From a virus, in IMG/VR virus record IMGVR_UViG_3300042478_002320, positions 1 to 64,000 of that record: a stretch of 64,000 nt of DNA. One strand, 5' to 3'. The notes below the pieces were generated by a model that was not told the origin of the DNA, did no database searches, and saw nothing but the letters and a program-made list of their open reading frames with translations. Positions 41,731 through 50,024 of the stretch are shown here, piece after piece (positions within the stretch are counted from its first letter, which is position 1; every line of letters starts with the position of its first letter). The translations under genes were made by a program, and so were the position numbers.

Positions 41731-41912
41731 AAAATATTAGAGGTTATTTACGGATTCGTATATGGTATAAGAGGAACAACTTTAGTTCCATAGCACAAAT
41801 TAAAGTCTTGAATACAGAAGAGAATGTAATAGGTCGTATTCTATGGGATCCTATAGTAGATCAAGTAGAGAGCCGGGTAAGTAGTCCATTAGAAATAAAT
41901 ATGAAATTATGA
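41727..41912 (+). CDS. QV-array miniprotein
   Basis: MKNI..LWDPIVDQV..NMKL. Confidence 0.7.
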   Translation: MKNIRGYLRIRIWYKRNNFSSIAQIKVLNTEENVIGRILWDPIVDQVESRVSSPLEINMKL

Positions 41913-41915
41913 GTT

Positions 41916-42140
41916 ATGAATAGTGTAGATACTACAGTAATGCGTATAGTAAAAAATCAACTATTGTATAAGATACTTGATGCAGTAAAATATCGAGTAG
42001 ATTATCAAGTAAAGAATGATGTAAAAGATGAGACAGTTAATAAAATATGGGATCAGATAGATAGTACATTATATTTTGAAGTAAAGGAACAATTAGGAAA
42101 ACAAGTATACTTACATAATTCTGTAAAACAAAATATATAG
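41916..42140 (+). CDS. QV-array miniprotein
   Basis: KIWDQI..VKQNI. Confidence 0.7.
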   Translation: MNSVDTTVMRIVKNQLLYKILDAVKYRVDYQVKNDVKDETVNKIWDQIDSTLYFEVKEQLGKQVYLHNSVKQNI

Positions 42141-42142
42141 TT

Positions 42143-42328
42143 ATGAAAAATATTGAAAATGAGTTAGTAAAATTTGATCGTGATACAATGTGGTTTATAT
42201 TATATGGTAATTTACATTTTCGTATAATTAATCAAGTAACTAATCAAATTTTACATCCTATAGGAAATACTCAAAGACATATGTCTCCTGTCACAGATGT
42301 TATTAAAATGAAAATATCGTTTAAATAG
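42143..42328 (+). CDS. QV-array miniprotein
   Basis: MKNI..NQVTNQI. Confidence 0.65.
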   Translation: MKNIENELVKFDRDTMWFILYGNLHFRIINQVTNQILHPIGNTQRHMSPVTDVIKMKISFK

Positions 42329-42363
42329 CCGATACGTAACAGAACTCAAACAATCATTAAATT

Positions 42364-42573
42364 ATGAAAACTACTAACTTAATAAATATCGATACATTGA
42401 TGAGTAACCATATAATAGATAACTATAGTATGCTATTATATAAAAAATTAAAGGTATCTATGGATATGAGTTTCAAAAATCTCGATAAACTATGGAGACT
42501 CGAAGAGGAAATTGGCGCACAGCTCATAGTTCAGATACGGGATAGAGTTGTTGTAAATTTAAAAATAAAATAA
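42364..42573 (+). CDS. QV-array miniprotein (divergent)
   Basis: KLW..AQLIVQIRDRV. Confidence 0.6.
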   Translation: MKTTNLINIDTLMSNHIIDNYSMLLYKKLKVSMDMSFKNLDKLWRLEEEIGAQLIVQIRDRVVVNLKIK

Positions 42574-42575
42574 AG

Positions 42576-42806
42576 ATGAATAATGTAAGAGCTATAATAC
42601 GAGATAAGATACCTCAAAAATTTAATTTAGAAACTATAACATCTAAATTTAGCACATCGGTAACTTCTACTGTAGAAGATTTTACAATTATTCCAATATT
42701 TGGAAAATTAACTTTTAGAGTAAGTGTTACAGTAAAGACTGTATTACTCGATACTGTGGGTGGGAAAATAGTTGGGGAGCTGCTCCCAAAATTTTTTAAA
42801 GCATAA
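42576..42806 (+). CDS. QV-array miniprotein (divergent)
   Basis: MNNV.., 4-residue hydrophobic spacing. Confidence 0.55.
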   Translation: MNNVRAIIRDKIPQKFNLETITSKFSTSVTSTVEDFTIIPIFGKLTFRVSVTVKTVLLDTVGGKIVGELLPKFFKA

Positions 42807-42818
42807 AAAACTAAAACT

Positions 42819-43016
42819 ATGCATAACGTAAAAGAAACTTTTAAGTCTAAAACAAAATTCTTCTACGAAAGGTTAAGTAAAACTCTAAGACATAAAGCAT
42901 CTGTTATTACGAGATTAACTGTAAAAATAAAATTTATTGATCTCATTTCTTCACCTGTATCTAAATTAAGTTCTGATACTGCTTTAAACTTAGAAAAAAC
43001 TAATATAAAAGAATAG
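42819..43016 (+). CDS. QV-array miniprotein (divergent)
   Basis: MHNV..TNIK. Confidence 0.55.
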   Translation: MHNVKETFKSKTKFFYERLSKTLRHKASVITRLTVKIKFIDLISSPVSKLSSDTALNLEKTNIKE

Positions 43017-43020
43017 TAAT

Positions 43021-43737
43021 ATGAATTCAGATATTATTAAAATACTTCTATCTGAAGAAGAGATTAAGTATATACTATCAAAATCTATGTGTAGTATAAA
43101 TATATCTCAATATAATCCTCTGAGATATAGAAAACCTATAACTCAATTAGATAGTTTATTTAGAGGATACTTAGGAGAATATGCTTTTTTTAAATATATG
43201 CTTGAAAAGGATATTACATTCTCTAAGATTAACTATAAAAAAGATGGAGAAAAGATAGATATGGACTTGTGTTACAAAGGTCTTAATGTCGAAATAAAAA
43301 CATCTATGATTCCTGATATAGATGACTGTATGTATAAAACTATTAATACAAGAGACATAAAACTTATTAGAAGAGAGAATAGCAGTATCGAAGATTTGCA
43401 AGGAGATATTCATATACAGATATTATTTAATACAAAAAGACATGAACATGATGAATGGATTTTGAGTAAAGATTTCAATATATCAAATCATGATGTAAAC
43501 TCTTTGTATAAATTTCTAAACGCTGAAATGTATAGAGATTGCATAAATTTTGTGGGTTGGGTAGATAAGAAAACTTTAGTTCAGCATATAAACAAACTAC
43601 CTGAAGAGGATAGATGTTGGTCATTCAGGAATTCAAAACATTCTATTTTTGAAAACTCAAAAAGATATTTTTGGAATTTTAAAATAAAGGATTCCCATAA
43701 ACCCTCTCTAATCATACCCTATTTAAAAAGTTTGTAA
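43021..43737 (+). CDS. PD-(D/E)xK endonuclease-like protein inserted in array
   Basis: GYLGEYAF, D.DL...NVEIKT, FVGW. Confidence 0.6.
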   Translation: MNSDIIKILLSEEEIKYILSKSMCSINISQYNPLRYRKPITQLDSLFRGYLGEYAFFKYMLEKDITFSKINYKKDGEKIDMDLCYKGLNVEIKTSMIPDIDDCMYKTINTRDIKLIRRENSSIEDLQGDIHIQILFNTKRHEHDEWILSKDFNISNHDVNSLYKFLNAEMYRDCINFVGWVDKKTLVQHINKLPEEDRCWSFRNSKHSIFENSKRYFWNFKIKDSHKPSLIIPYLKSL

Positions 43738-43833
43738 ACATTAACATAATTTTAACAAACACCTATTGATTTGCAAGAGAAGTATTATTATCTTTGCGAT
43801 GTTAATTATTCTAAACCACATAATCACATTGCC

Positions 43834-44301
43834 ATGATTAATATCCTATCTTCAGTTTACAATCTTACTAAGACCAATAATGGTATGTTCAAATCTGAGA
43901 AACAAGCTAATTTCTTGATTTCTCAATTTAAAGCATATGATGACTTTGTAGGCTTCTCTCCAAACGGAAAACCTATATTCGTAGAATACGATGATAAGGG
44001 TATTATAAAGATGTACAAAGATTTAGCATCAAACAAAACTGATATTGTATTTGAAAGAGTCGTTGAAGGATCTCTCAACTCTGTTGAGTTGAAGACTCTT
44101 AAATGGTATAAAAGTAAGGTTAAGAAAATTCAAAAGAATTTAGATGAATCTATTGCATTCGCAGAAAAAAAAGGATTATCTAACTATTCTGAATTTGAAT
44201 TGGAGGTATATCACAGAAGTAGAGAAAGTGATAGAACTCGTATAGCCGAGCTTATGGAGTTAATCGATGGTTTAGAAAGTAAAACAAACAAATTATTATG
44301 A
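43834..44301 (+). CDS. Hypothetical protein with own host-type promoter
   Basis: ATG 43834 downstream of TATCTTTG (43789-43796). Confidence 0.6.
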   Translation: MINILSSVYNLTKTNNGMFKSEKQANFLISQFKAYDDFVGFSPNGKPIFVEYDDKGIIKMYKDLASNKTDIVFERVVEGSLNSVELKTLKWYKSKVKKIQKNLDESIAFAEKKGLSNYSEFELEVYHRSRESDRTRIAELMELIDGLESKTNKLL

Positions 44302-44459
44302 TAAAGTATAAGATTGTAGATTGGATGAGTAATCATCTGTTCATTGATAAAGTATTTGACTCCTTTGAGGAGGGGTGGGATTTCCTGTATGAGCAGTTTC
44401 CTGATGAGGATAATTTTGATGACTATTATGTGGTACCTATTGAAAATGACGTATTATGA
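44298..44459 (+). CDS. Small acidic hypothetical protein (53 aa)
   Basis: MIKYKIVDW..FDSFEEGWDFLYE; ATGA overlaps. Confidence 0.6.
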   Translation: MIKYKIVDWMSNHLFIDKVFDSFEEGWDFLYEQFPDEDNFDDYYVVPIENDVL

Positions 44460-44701
44460 AGGAAGTAGTAAATAATATAGTAAGTAGTCAAGTGGGTGAA
44501 GAAGTGTGGGATCAATTATATTACCAAGTAATCTTTCAGGTAGATGTTAAAGTATGGAATACAGTGAAGAGTCAAGTAGATAATCAAATACTTAATTTAG
44601 TAAATCCTCAAATAGGGAGGCAAGTACGCATTCGGTTACAGGATAAACTAATGGAGCAATTAGCGAATCAAGTAGAAAATAATTTAGAACAAAATATGTA
44701 G
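44456..44701 (+). CDS. QV-array miniprotein
   Basis: EVWDQLYYQV..KVWNTV. Confidence 0.75.
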   Translation: MKEVVNNIVSSQVGEEVWDQLYYQVIFQVDVKVWNTVKSQVDNQILNLVNPQIGRQVRIRLQDKLMEQLANQVENNLEQNM

Positions 44702-44704
44702 TCT

Positions 44705-44911
44705 ATGAATAACATAGGAAGTGACACAGGAAAGATAGTATGCGAACAAGTAGATACCGCAGTAAGATTTAAAATTCGTAATGGCATAGTTAATAGCCCT
44801 GTTTTCTATAAACTATGTGGTCTACTAAGTAGTAAACTGAGTATCGAATTATGGAATCAAACAACAAGTAGAGTAGTGAGTCAATTAAGGATTTCAGTAA
44901 GAAACTTATAA
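44705..44911 (+). CDS. QV-array miniprotein
   Basis: MNNI..ELWNQT. Confidence 0.7.
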   Translation: MNNIGSDTGKIVCEQVDTAVRFKIRNGIVNSPVFYKLCGLLSSKLSIELWNQTTSRVVSQLRISVRNL

Positions 44912-44915
44912 ATTT

Positions 44916-45104
44916 ATGAAGAATATAGATAAGATGGTAGGAGATGTATTATACGATCAAGTTAGAGATGAGCTGAGAGTAAACCAAAATAGTAAAGTAG
45001 ATGTTAGGTTAAGTTTTCATCTGAGTGATAAACTATGGAATGCTACAAGAGGTCAGGTAATTTTGCAATTAAACAATATGCTTAAACGGAACTTAAAATT
45101 ATGA
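44916..45104 (+). CDS. QV-array miniprotein
   Basis: LYDQV..KLWN..RNLKL. Confidence 0.7.
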   Translation: MKNIDKMVGDVLYDQVRDELRVNQNSKVDVRLSFHLSDKLWNATRGQVILQLNNMLKRNLKL

Positions 45105-45295
45105 GTAATGTAAATATGCATCAAGTAAAAGATAAAATATGGATTGAAATACATTATACATTACGTAATCAACTACGGAGAGATGTAATGAATGTAGTTA
45201 AAAGTCATACTATATGGATTTATATATTGCATCAAGTACAGGATATAGTATGGGATCAAGTAAGAGATCGTATAGGACAAAACTTTAAATTATAA
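45101..45295 (+). CDS. QV-array miniprotein
   Basis: VWDQVRDRIGQNFKL. Confidence 0.75.
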   Translation: MSNVNMHQVKDKIWIEIHYTLRNQLRRDVMNVVKSHTIWIYILHQVQDIVWDQVRDRIGQNFKL

Positions 45296-45303
45296 AGAAT
45301 ATT

Positions 45304-45501
45304 ATGGTTGACCTGAGTAAGAAAATAAATGATGCAGTAAATCATATACCTAATAAATCTTATGATATATTATTTTTTAAAATGAAAGAAGAAGTATTAG
45401 TAAATACATGGAATATACTAAGAGTTCAAACAAGAGATCAATTACGAATTAAAATGAGACTTCGGATAACTTTTGAAGTATTTAAAAACATAAAAGTATG
45501 A
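45304..45501 (+). CDS. QV-array miniprotein
   Basis: TWNI..RDQL..KNIKV. Confidence 0.65.
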   Translation: MVDLSKKINDAVNHIPNKSYDILFFKMKEEVLVNTWNILRVQTRDQLRIKMRLRITFEVFKNIKV

Positions 45502-45668
45502 GAAATATAACTGAAAGAATAAATTACAGACTAAAATATTTGGGAGATGGATTTCTTATGGATTTATGGGAATTAATATCCAATAGATCATCAGATGACG
45601 TAAGGTTTAAGGTAAGAACTAAAGTATGTAATGTATACATAGATCAAGTAAAAAAGAATATGAAATGA
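45498..45668 (+). CDS. QV-array miniprotein (56 aa, not in track)
   Basis: MRNI..DQVKKNMK. Confidence 0.65.
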   Translation: MRNITERINYRLKYLGDGFLMDLWELISNRSSDDVRFKVRTKVCNVYIDQVKKNMK

Positions 45669-45802
45669 AAGGAGTTACTATTCATATATGGAGTAGAGTA
45701 TTAGATTTACGTAATAATTTACGAAAACCTATAGAAGATGAATTAAATGATCAGCTAAGTGCTCAGGTAGGAGTTCAACTTAGAAATTCCATAGTAGAAT
45801 GA
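45665..45802 (+). CDS. QV-array miniprotein (45 aa, not in track)
   Basis: MKGV..HIWSRV..DQLSAQVGVQL. Confidence 0.65.
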   Translation: MKGVTIHIWSRVLDLRNNLRKPIEDELNDQLSAQVGVQLRNSIVE

Positions 45803-45987
45803 AGAATTTGAATATAAAAATTGATGTTAAAGTTTGGGATCGAGTATATAGTGAAATAGAAAATGAAACAAACTATAAAGTATCAGGTCAAGTATGCAAA
45901 CAAGTAGGTGACCAAATAACTTTTCCAATACTAAATCAAGTACGGTTTCAAGTACGGAATCAAGTATCACAAAACGTAGAATTATGA
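45799..45987 (+). CDS. QV-array miniprotein
   Basis: NQVRFQVRNQVSQNVEL. Confidence 0.75.
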   Translation: MKNLNIKIDVKVWDRVYSEIENETNYKVSGQVCKQVGDQITFPILNQVRFQVRNQVSQNVEL

Positions 45988-46172
45988 AAAGAGTACAAAG
46001 TATTATGAATACTGAAACTATAAGTAAATTTTGGATTATTATAGAGCTTTCAGTATGTGAACAAGCAAGTAACGAAGTAAAGGTCAGAACGAGTGGTGAA
46101 TTAATTGATCCTATAAATAATGAATTAGGCACTCAATTGTGGAGTCAAATAAAACAAAACGTAAAGTTATGA
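45984..46172 (+). CDS. QV-array miniprotein
   Basis: QLWSQIKQNVKL. Confidence 0.75.
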   Translation: MKRVQSIMNTETISKFWIIIELSVCEQASNEVKVRTSGELIDPINNELGTQLWSQIKQNVKL

Positions 46173-46360
46173 AGAGTGTAAGAAATGTAGTAAGTAGTAG
46201 AATAAGAATCAAAGTAAAAGGTAAGATATGGAGTACTATAGGCATTCAAGCAAGGGACTTAGTAGAAGCTAAAATAGGAAGTAGTGTAAGAGGACAAATA
46301 TTTGATTCATTGTATATTGATGTGCAAGAAAACATAGACTATGAATATACTAAAAAATAG
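46169..46360 (+). CDS. QV-array miniprotein
   Basis: Likely start ATG 46169 (MKSV) at ATGA junction. Confidence 0.7.
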   Translation: MKSVRNVVSSRIRIKVKGKIWSTIGIQARDLVEAKIGSSVRGQIFDSLYIDVQENIDYEYTKK

Positions 46361-46529
46361 AGTAAATACTCAAGTATGTATTCAGGTAGGGGATAACTGT
46401 AAGACACAGGCATCTCAAAAATTATGGGATCAAGTAAGTAGTCGAGTATGGGGTTGTGTAAAAAGAGAAGTGTGGGGTTGTGTAAGTAGAGAAGTACGAA
46501 TGCAGGTAAAACAAAACATAAAGTTATGA
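46341..46529 (+). CDS. QV-array miniprotein
   Basis: LWDQVSSRVW..QVKQNIKL. Confidence 0.75.
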   Translation: MNILKNRVNTQVCIQVGDNCKTQASQKLWDQVSSRVWGCVKREVWGCVSREVRMQVKQNIKL

Positions 46530-46750
46530 AGAGCGTAAGTGAAGAAGTAAGCACTAAAGTGAATGATCAGATAACTGATGTAGTAAGCATTAAAGTAAGA
46601 AATAATCTATGGGGTCAAGAGGTGATTCATGTAGGTTTTGAAATACGCAATGAAGTATGGCATCAAGTTGGAAATAAAATACACAGTCAAGTACGCATTC
46701 AGGTATGTAATAGAGTAATGGTTCAATTACAACAAAACATAAAGTTATGA
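46526..46750 (+). CDS. QV-array miniprotein
   Basis: MKSV..EVWHQV..QQNIKL. Confidence 0.75.
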   Translation: MKSVSEEVSTKVNDQITDVVSIKVRNNLWGQEVIHVGFEIRNEVWHQVGNKIHSQVRIQVCNRVMVQLQQNIKL

Positions 46751-46971
46751 ATAATATAGAAAAAAAAGTATGGGATCAAGTAAGTAATCAAGTAAGGAAT
46801 CAGGTAAGTAATCAAGTAAGTGAGCAAACAACTATTTCAATATGGAATGAAATAAATAATCAAGTAAGTGGTCAAATATGGAATCAAGTAAATAATCAAG
46901 TAAGTGAAAAAGTGATAGATCAACTATGGAATGAATTTTTAAATAGATTTAAACAAAACATAAAGTTATGA
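46747..46971 (+). CDS. QV-array miniprotein
   Basis: VWDQVSNQVRNQVSNQV..KQNIKL. Confidence 0.8.
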   Translation: MNNIEKKVWDQVSNQVRNQVSNQVSEQTTISIWNEINNQVSGQIWNQVNNQVSEKVIDQLWNEFLNRFKQNIKL

Positions 46972-47162
46972 ATAATGTTAGTTATAAGGTTGGACAGAAA
47001 CAAGGACATGAAGTACTCAGTGGAGTAGGTGGAAAAATTTGGGAAGCTGATAAAGTATCAAAATCAGTAGTAGTTAAACTATATGTTCAAATAAATCAAC
47101 AATTAGTAACTGAGATGGGAGAGAAATTTGTGAGGCAACTATTACGAAACCTAAAGTTATGA
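46968..47162 (+). CDS. QV-array miniprotein
   Basis: MNNV..RNLKL. Confidence 0.7.
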   Translation: MNNVSYKVGQKQGHEVLSGVGGKIWEADKVSKSVVVKLYVQINQQLVTEMGEKFVRQLLRNLKL

Positions 47163-47326
47163 AGAGTGTAAAAGGTGGGGTAGAAGATAAAATACAAAAA
47201 CAATTACTATACCTAATGCAAGACAGAATAGGAAATCAAGCATGGAGTCAAACGAGGCAGCATCTAAGTATTCAGGTGACGATGCAATTGAGATGGAATC
47301 GAGTAGAACAAAACATAAAGTTATGA
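47159..47326 (+). CDS. QV-array miniprotein (55 aa, not in track)
   Basis: MKSV..NQAWSQT..EQNIKL. Confidence 0.7.
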   Translation: MKSVKGGVEDKIQKQLLYLMQDRIGNQAWSQTRQHLSIQVTMQLRWNRVEQNIKL

Positions 47327-47604
47327 AGAATATACAGAAACAAGTATCATTTCCATGTGATCAAGTATGGGTTAATTTAAGAGTTCGCATTCGAAGTACG
47401 TCAGGGAATGGAATAGAAAGAAAAGTGAGTGATGTAGTAAGTCATCAAGTGGTTAATTTAGTGACTAATAGAATGGTAGATCATGTACGGTATCATGTAC
47501 GGGATCATGTACGGTATCATGTACGGTATCATGTACGGGATTATGTACGGGATCATGTACGGGATTATGTACGGGATCATGTAGCACAAAATACTAATTT
47601 ATGA
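47323..47604 (+). CDS. QV-array miniprotein with expanded 12-bp (H/Y)VR(D/Y) repeat
   Basis: Start at ATGA junction 47323; about 8 copies of (C/T)ATGTACGG(G/T)AT. Confidence 0.75.
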   Translation: MKNIQKQVSFPCDQVWVNLRVRIRSTSGNGIERKVSDVVSHQVVNLVTNRMVDHVRYHVRDHVRYHVRYHVRDYVRDHVRDYVRDHVAQNTNL

Positions 47605-47792
47605 AGAGTGTGAGGAGTCATATATGTAATCAAGTGGCTGATAAACTATGTAGTCAAACAAGTACTCAAGTAAGGTTTCATGTATCTAAAAAATTATGGG
47701 ATCAAACAAGACAGTATTTAAGTACTCAAGTGAGAATGCAAGTACGGGTTTACATACGTATGGAAATACCTATGCAGATAAAAAAAATATAA
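47601..47792 (+). CDS. QV-array miniprotein
   Basis: KLWDQT..QVRMQV; an A8 run puts the NIKL end out of frame. Confidence 0.7.
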   Translation: MKSVRSHICNQVADKLCSQTSTQVRFHVSKKLWDQTRQYLSTQVRMQVRVYIRMEIPMQIKKI

Positions 47793-47796
47793 AGTT

Positions 47797-47973
47797 ATGA
47801 AGAATGTTAGGTACGAAGTATGGAGTAGATTATGGGGTAAAGTGGTAAGTCGCTTATGGAGTGAAAAAAATGGTATGGTGTATAATCAAGTATGGAATCA
47901 AGTTGGAGAGAGTATACATGAACAATTATCAAATCAAATTTCGGAACGAGTATCACAAAACATAAAGTTATGA
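47797..47973 (+). CDS. QV-array miniprotein (58 aa, not in track)
   Basis: MKNV..NQVWNQV..SQNIKL. Confidence 0.75.
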   Translation: MKNVRYEVWSRLWGKVVSRLWSEKNGMVYNQVWNQVGESIHEQLSNQISERVSQNIKL

Positions 47974-48188
47974 AGGATATGAGAAGTAAAGTAAGGGAGC
48001 AGATAGGAATTAGAATAGTGGATATAGTAGAAGTTAAAGTGTGGAATCAAGTATGGAGTACTATAGGCAATCAAGTATGGAACCAAGTAGTGAGGCAAGT
48101 ACTGACTCAAGCAAGAAATCAATTGAAACCTCAAGTAATTAACGATGTAAAACAAAATGTAAAATTATCAAAATTAAATTCACTTTAA
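47970..48188 (+). CDS. QV-array miniprotein
   Basis: KVWNQVWSTIGNQVWNQV. Confidence 0.75.
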   Translation: MKDMRSKVREQIGIRIVDIVEVKVWNQVWSTIGNQVWNQVVRQVLTQARNQLKPQVINDVKQNVKLSKLNSL

Positions 48189-48402
48189 TGTATTTTGTAA
48201 AACCATAGTTATGAAAGACCTGTACCCTTGAGAAACTCGTATTAGATATCATAAGTTAGGTATTGAGATAAGCAGGTCATCTCCGATATAAAAGGGTATT
48301 AGAATAAGGAGATATTTTATAATAAAGTAATTAAAAAAATTTTGGGAGCAGAACTTGACATTTCCAACATAACTCAGTATATTTGCAAAAACAAAAAAAC
48401 AT

Positions 48403-48900
48403 ATGTCAAACATACCCACCTCCCCACAATCCTTAATCAGGTCATTACCTGATTCTCTAAAAGAATTACTGTTTAAGCAATGGAATGCTAAACAGAATCC
48501 AACATGGCATCCTGAAGGAAATACCTTAAAGCATATCATTGTAGTTTTGAAGAGAGCATACCACAAGTATACAGATGATCCTAATATGATTATGGCAGCA
48601 TTGTTCCATGACTTAGGTAAGATGGATACTTATGCTATAAATCCTAAAACAGGACAACCTACTGCATATGGACATGAGCATAAGTCAGCTGATTATGTTA
48701 TTCAGTATCAAGATTGGATTTTAGCTTATGATGGAACTGACATAGAAACTATACACTTTATAGTTAAGAATCATATGTTGGTGAAATATCCTAATGCAAT
48801 AATTGAATCTATGAGACTATCTAAGCGTATACCTATAGAGAATCATAAATCATTTGATAAACTAATATTCTTTTCTACGATTGATAAGGGTGGTATATAA
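48403..48900 (+). CDS. HD-domain phosphatase resembling the HD domain of multifunctional CCA enzymes
   Basis: Q.P.WHPEG.TLKH, AALFHDLGK, GHE..SA, NHM; own TATATTTG promoter 48378. Confidence 0.75.
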   Translation: MSNIPTSPQSLIRSLPDSLKELLFKQWNAKQNPTWHPEGNTLKHIIVVLKRAYHKYTDDPNMIMAALFHDLGKMDTYAINPKTGQPTAYGHEHKSADYVIQYQDWILAYDGTDIETIHFIVKNHMLVKYPNAIIESMRLSKRIPIENHKSFDKLIFFSTIDKGGI

Positions 48901-48925
48901 GTGTTAAAAACTAAAACATAAAGTT

Positions 48926-49078
48926 ATGAAGAATGTAGGCAAACAAGTATGGAAGCAATTAAGTAATCAAGTAAGGAATCAGGTAAGTAATCAAGTATGG
49001 AGTCAAGTGAGGAATCAAGTATGGGATCGAGTATGGGAGCAAGTAGAGAATCAAGTAAAACAAAATATAAAGTTATGA
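48926..49078 (+). CDS. QV-array miniprotein (50 aa, not in track)
   Basis: MKNVGKQVWKQLSNQVRNQVSNQVWSQV..QNIKL. Confidence 0.8.
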   Translation: MKNVGKQVWKQLSNQVRNQVSNQVWSQVRNQVWDRVWEQVENQVKQNIKL

Positions 49079-49275
49079 AGGATGTAAGTGAAAAAATAAG
49101 TGATAAAATAGGTGGTAAAATAAGTAGTAAAGTATGGAAAGATGTATGGAACCAAGTATCGAAGGAAGTACAGAGTCAAGTAAAAGATAAAGTACGTATT
49201 CTATTAGGGGAGCAAGTAGAGAATCAAGTATGGGATCAAATAAGTACTATAGTAAGTAATAATGTAATGTTATGA
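49075..49275 (+). CDS. QV-array miniprotein
   Basis: Likely start 49075 (MKDV); KVWKDVWNQV. Confidence 0.75.
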   Translation: MKDVSEKISDKIGGKISSKVWKDVWNQVSKEVQSQVKDKVRILLGEQVENQVWDQISTIVSNNVML

Positions 49276-49514
49276 AAAATGTAAAAGGACAAGTATGGAA
49301 TCAATTAACTGATCAAGTATATAATCAAGTACAGAATCAAGTATGGAACCAAGTAGTGAGGCAAGTATGGTATCAAGTAGAAATTCAAGTATGGGATCAA
49401 GTAAGTAATCAAGTAGATGATCAAGTAAGTGATCAAGTAGAGATTCAAGTAGATGATCAAGTATGGGCACAAATAAGTGATGAAGTACGTAACCAACTAA
49501 AACAAACATATTAA
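49272..49514 (+). CDS. QV-array miniprotein (nearly pure QVxx repeat)
   Basis: QVWNQLTDQVYNQVQNQVWNQV... Confidence 0.8.
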   Translation: MKNVKGQVWNQLTDQVYNQVQNQVWNQVVRQVWYQVEIQVWDQVSNQVDDQVSDQVEIQVDDQVWAQISDEVRNQLKQTY

Positions 49515-49515
49515 T

Positions 49516-49788
49516 ATGAAATCACTAAATAACCAAGTACGTGACCAACTATTAAATCAAATACGTGGTCAATTAAATAAACATGTATTTGATAACGTAA
49601 TTGTTCATCTACATCTTCAAATAAGTAATAAATTATGGGCACAAATAAGTGATGAGGTAAATGTTCAATTAAAACGTAATATTACTGACCAATTACGTGT
49701 TAATTTACATGAACAAATATGGAATCGAGTAAGTGGTCAAGTGATTAATCAAGTATATAATCAAGTAAAACAAAACATAAAGTTATGA
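49516..49788 (+). CDS. QV-array miniprotein
   Basis: NQVYNQVKQNIKL. Confidence 0.75.
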   Translation: MKSLNNQVRDQLLNQIRGQLNKHVFDNVIVHLHLQISNKLWAQISDEVNVQLKRNITDQLRVNLHEQIWNRVSGQVINQVYNQVKQNIKL

Positions 49789-50006
49789 AAAACGAAAACA
49801 CCGATATAAGGTCTATTGTACGCAATGACATCATAGATTGTTTATGGGAAACTTTAGGAGAACGAATGGATGCAGATGATTCAGACAAAGCTTCCTTAAC
49901 TATAGTTAACAATGAACGTATGCGTATGAGGTTTGATCAATTGAAAAATTCTATTAGTTTTCAAATTAACCTTAAAATATCTGAAAGCAAATCAAAAATT
50001 CAGTAA
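49785..50006 (+). CDS. QV-array miniprotein (divergent)
   Basis: ATGA-coupled; LWE..DQLKN..QINLKI. Confidence 0.55.
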   Translation: MKNENTDIRSIVRNDIIDCLWETLGERMDADDSDKASLTIVNNERMRMRFDQLKNSISFQINLKISESKSKIQ

Positions 50007-50024
50007 ACAACAAAACATAAAGTT

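Larger units (their letters stand above)
39922..50006 (+). repeat. Tandem array of about 39 paralogous 45-93 aa QVxx-repeat miniprotein genes in three blocks (39922-43016, 44456-48188, 48926-50006)
   Basis: Shared M(K/N)(N/S)(I/V) start, Q(V/I/L)W.Q(V/I) core, QN(I/V)KL end, ATGA overlaps and AAACATAAAGTTATGA junctions. Confidence 0.9.

Noticed and set aside
46139-49074. MES.. N-terminal extensions in track ORFs 46139, 47242, 48997
   Set aside because: They arise from out-of-frame starts within Trp-Ser codons of the preceding module; the likely starts are at the ATGA junctions (46169, 47323, 49075).
45827-49509. Antisense ORFs over the array (45827, 46339, 47934, 48249, 49270, 49305)
   Set aside because: Shadows of the 12-bp repeats (LLDY/YLIT patterns); the plus-strand genes are coupled and share start/stop motifs.
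44456-49788. CRISPR array interpretation of the recurring CAAGTA/AAACATAAAGTTATGA repeats
   Set aside because: Repeats are degenerate, in-frame coding units with 140-280 bp periods, not constant 25-45 bp repeats with unique spacers; no cas genes in the window.
39922-50006. Diversity-generating retroelement as source of array variation
   Set aside because: No reverse transcriptase in the window and no TR/VR pair differing only at adenines was evident; cannot be excluded for the rest of the genome.
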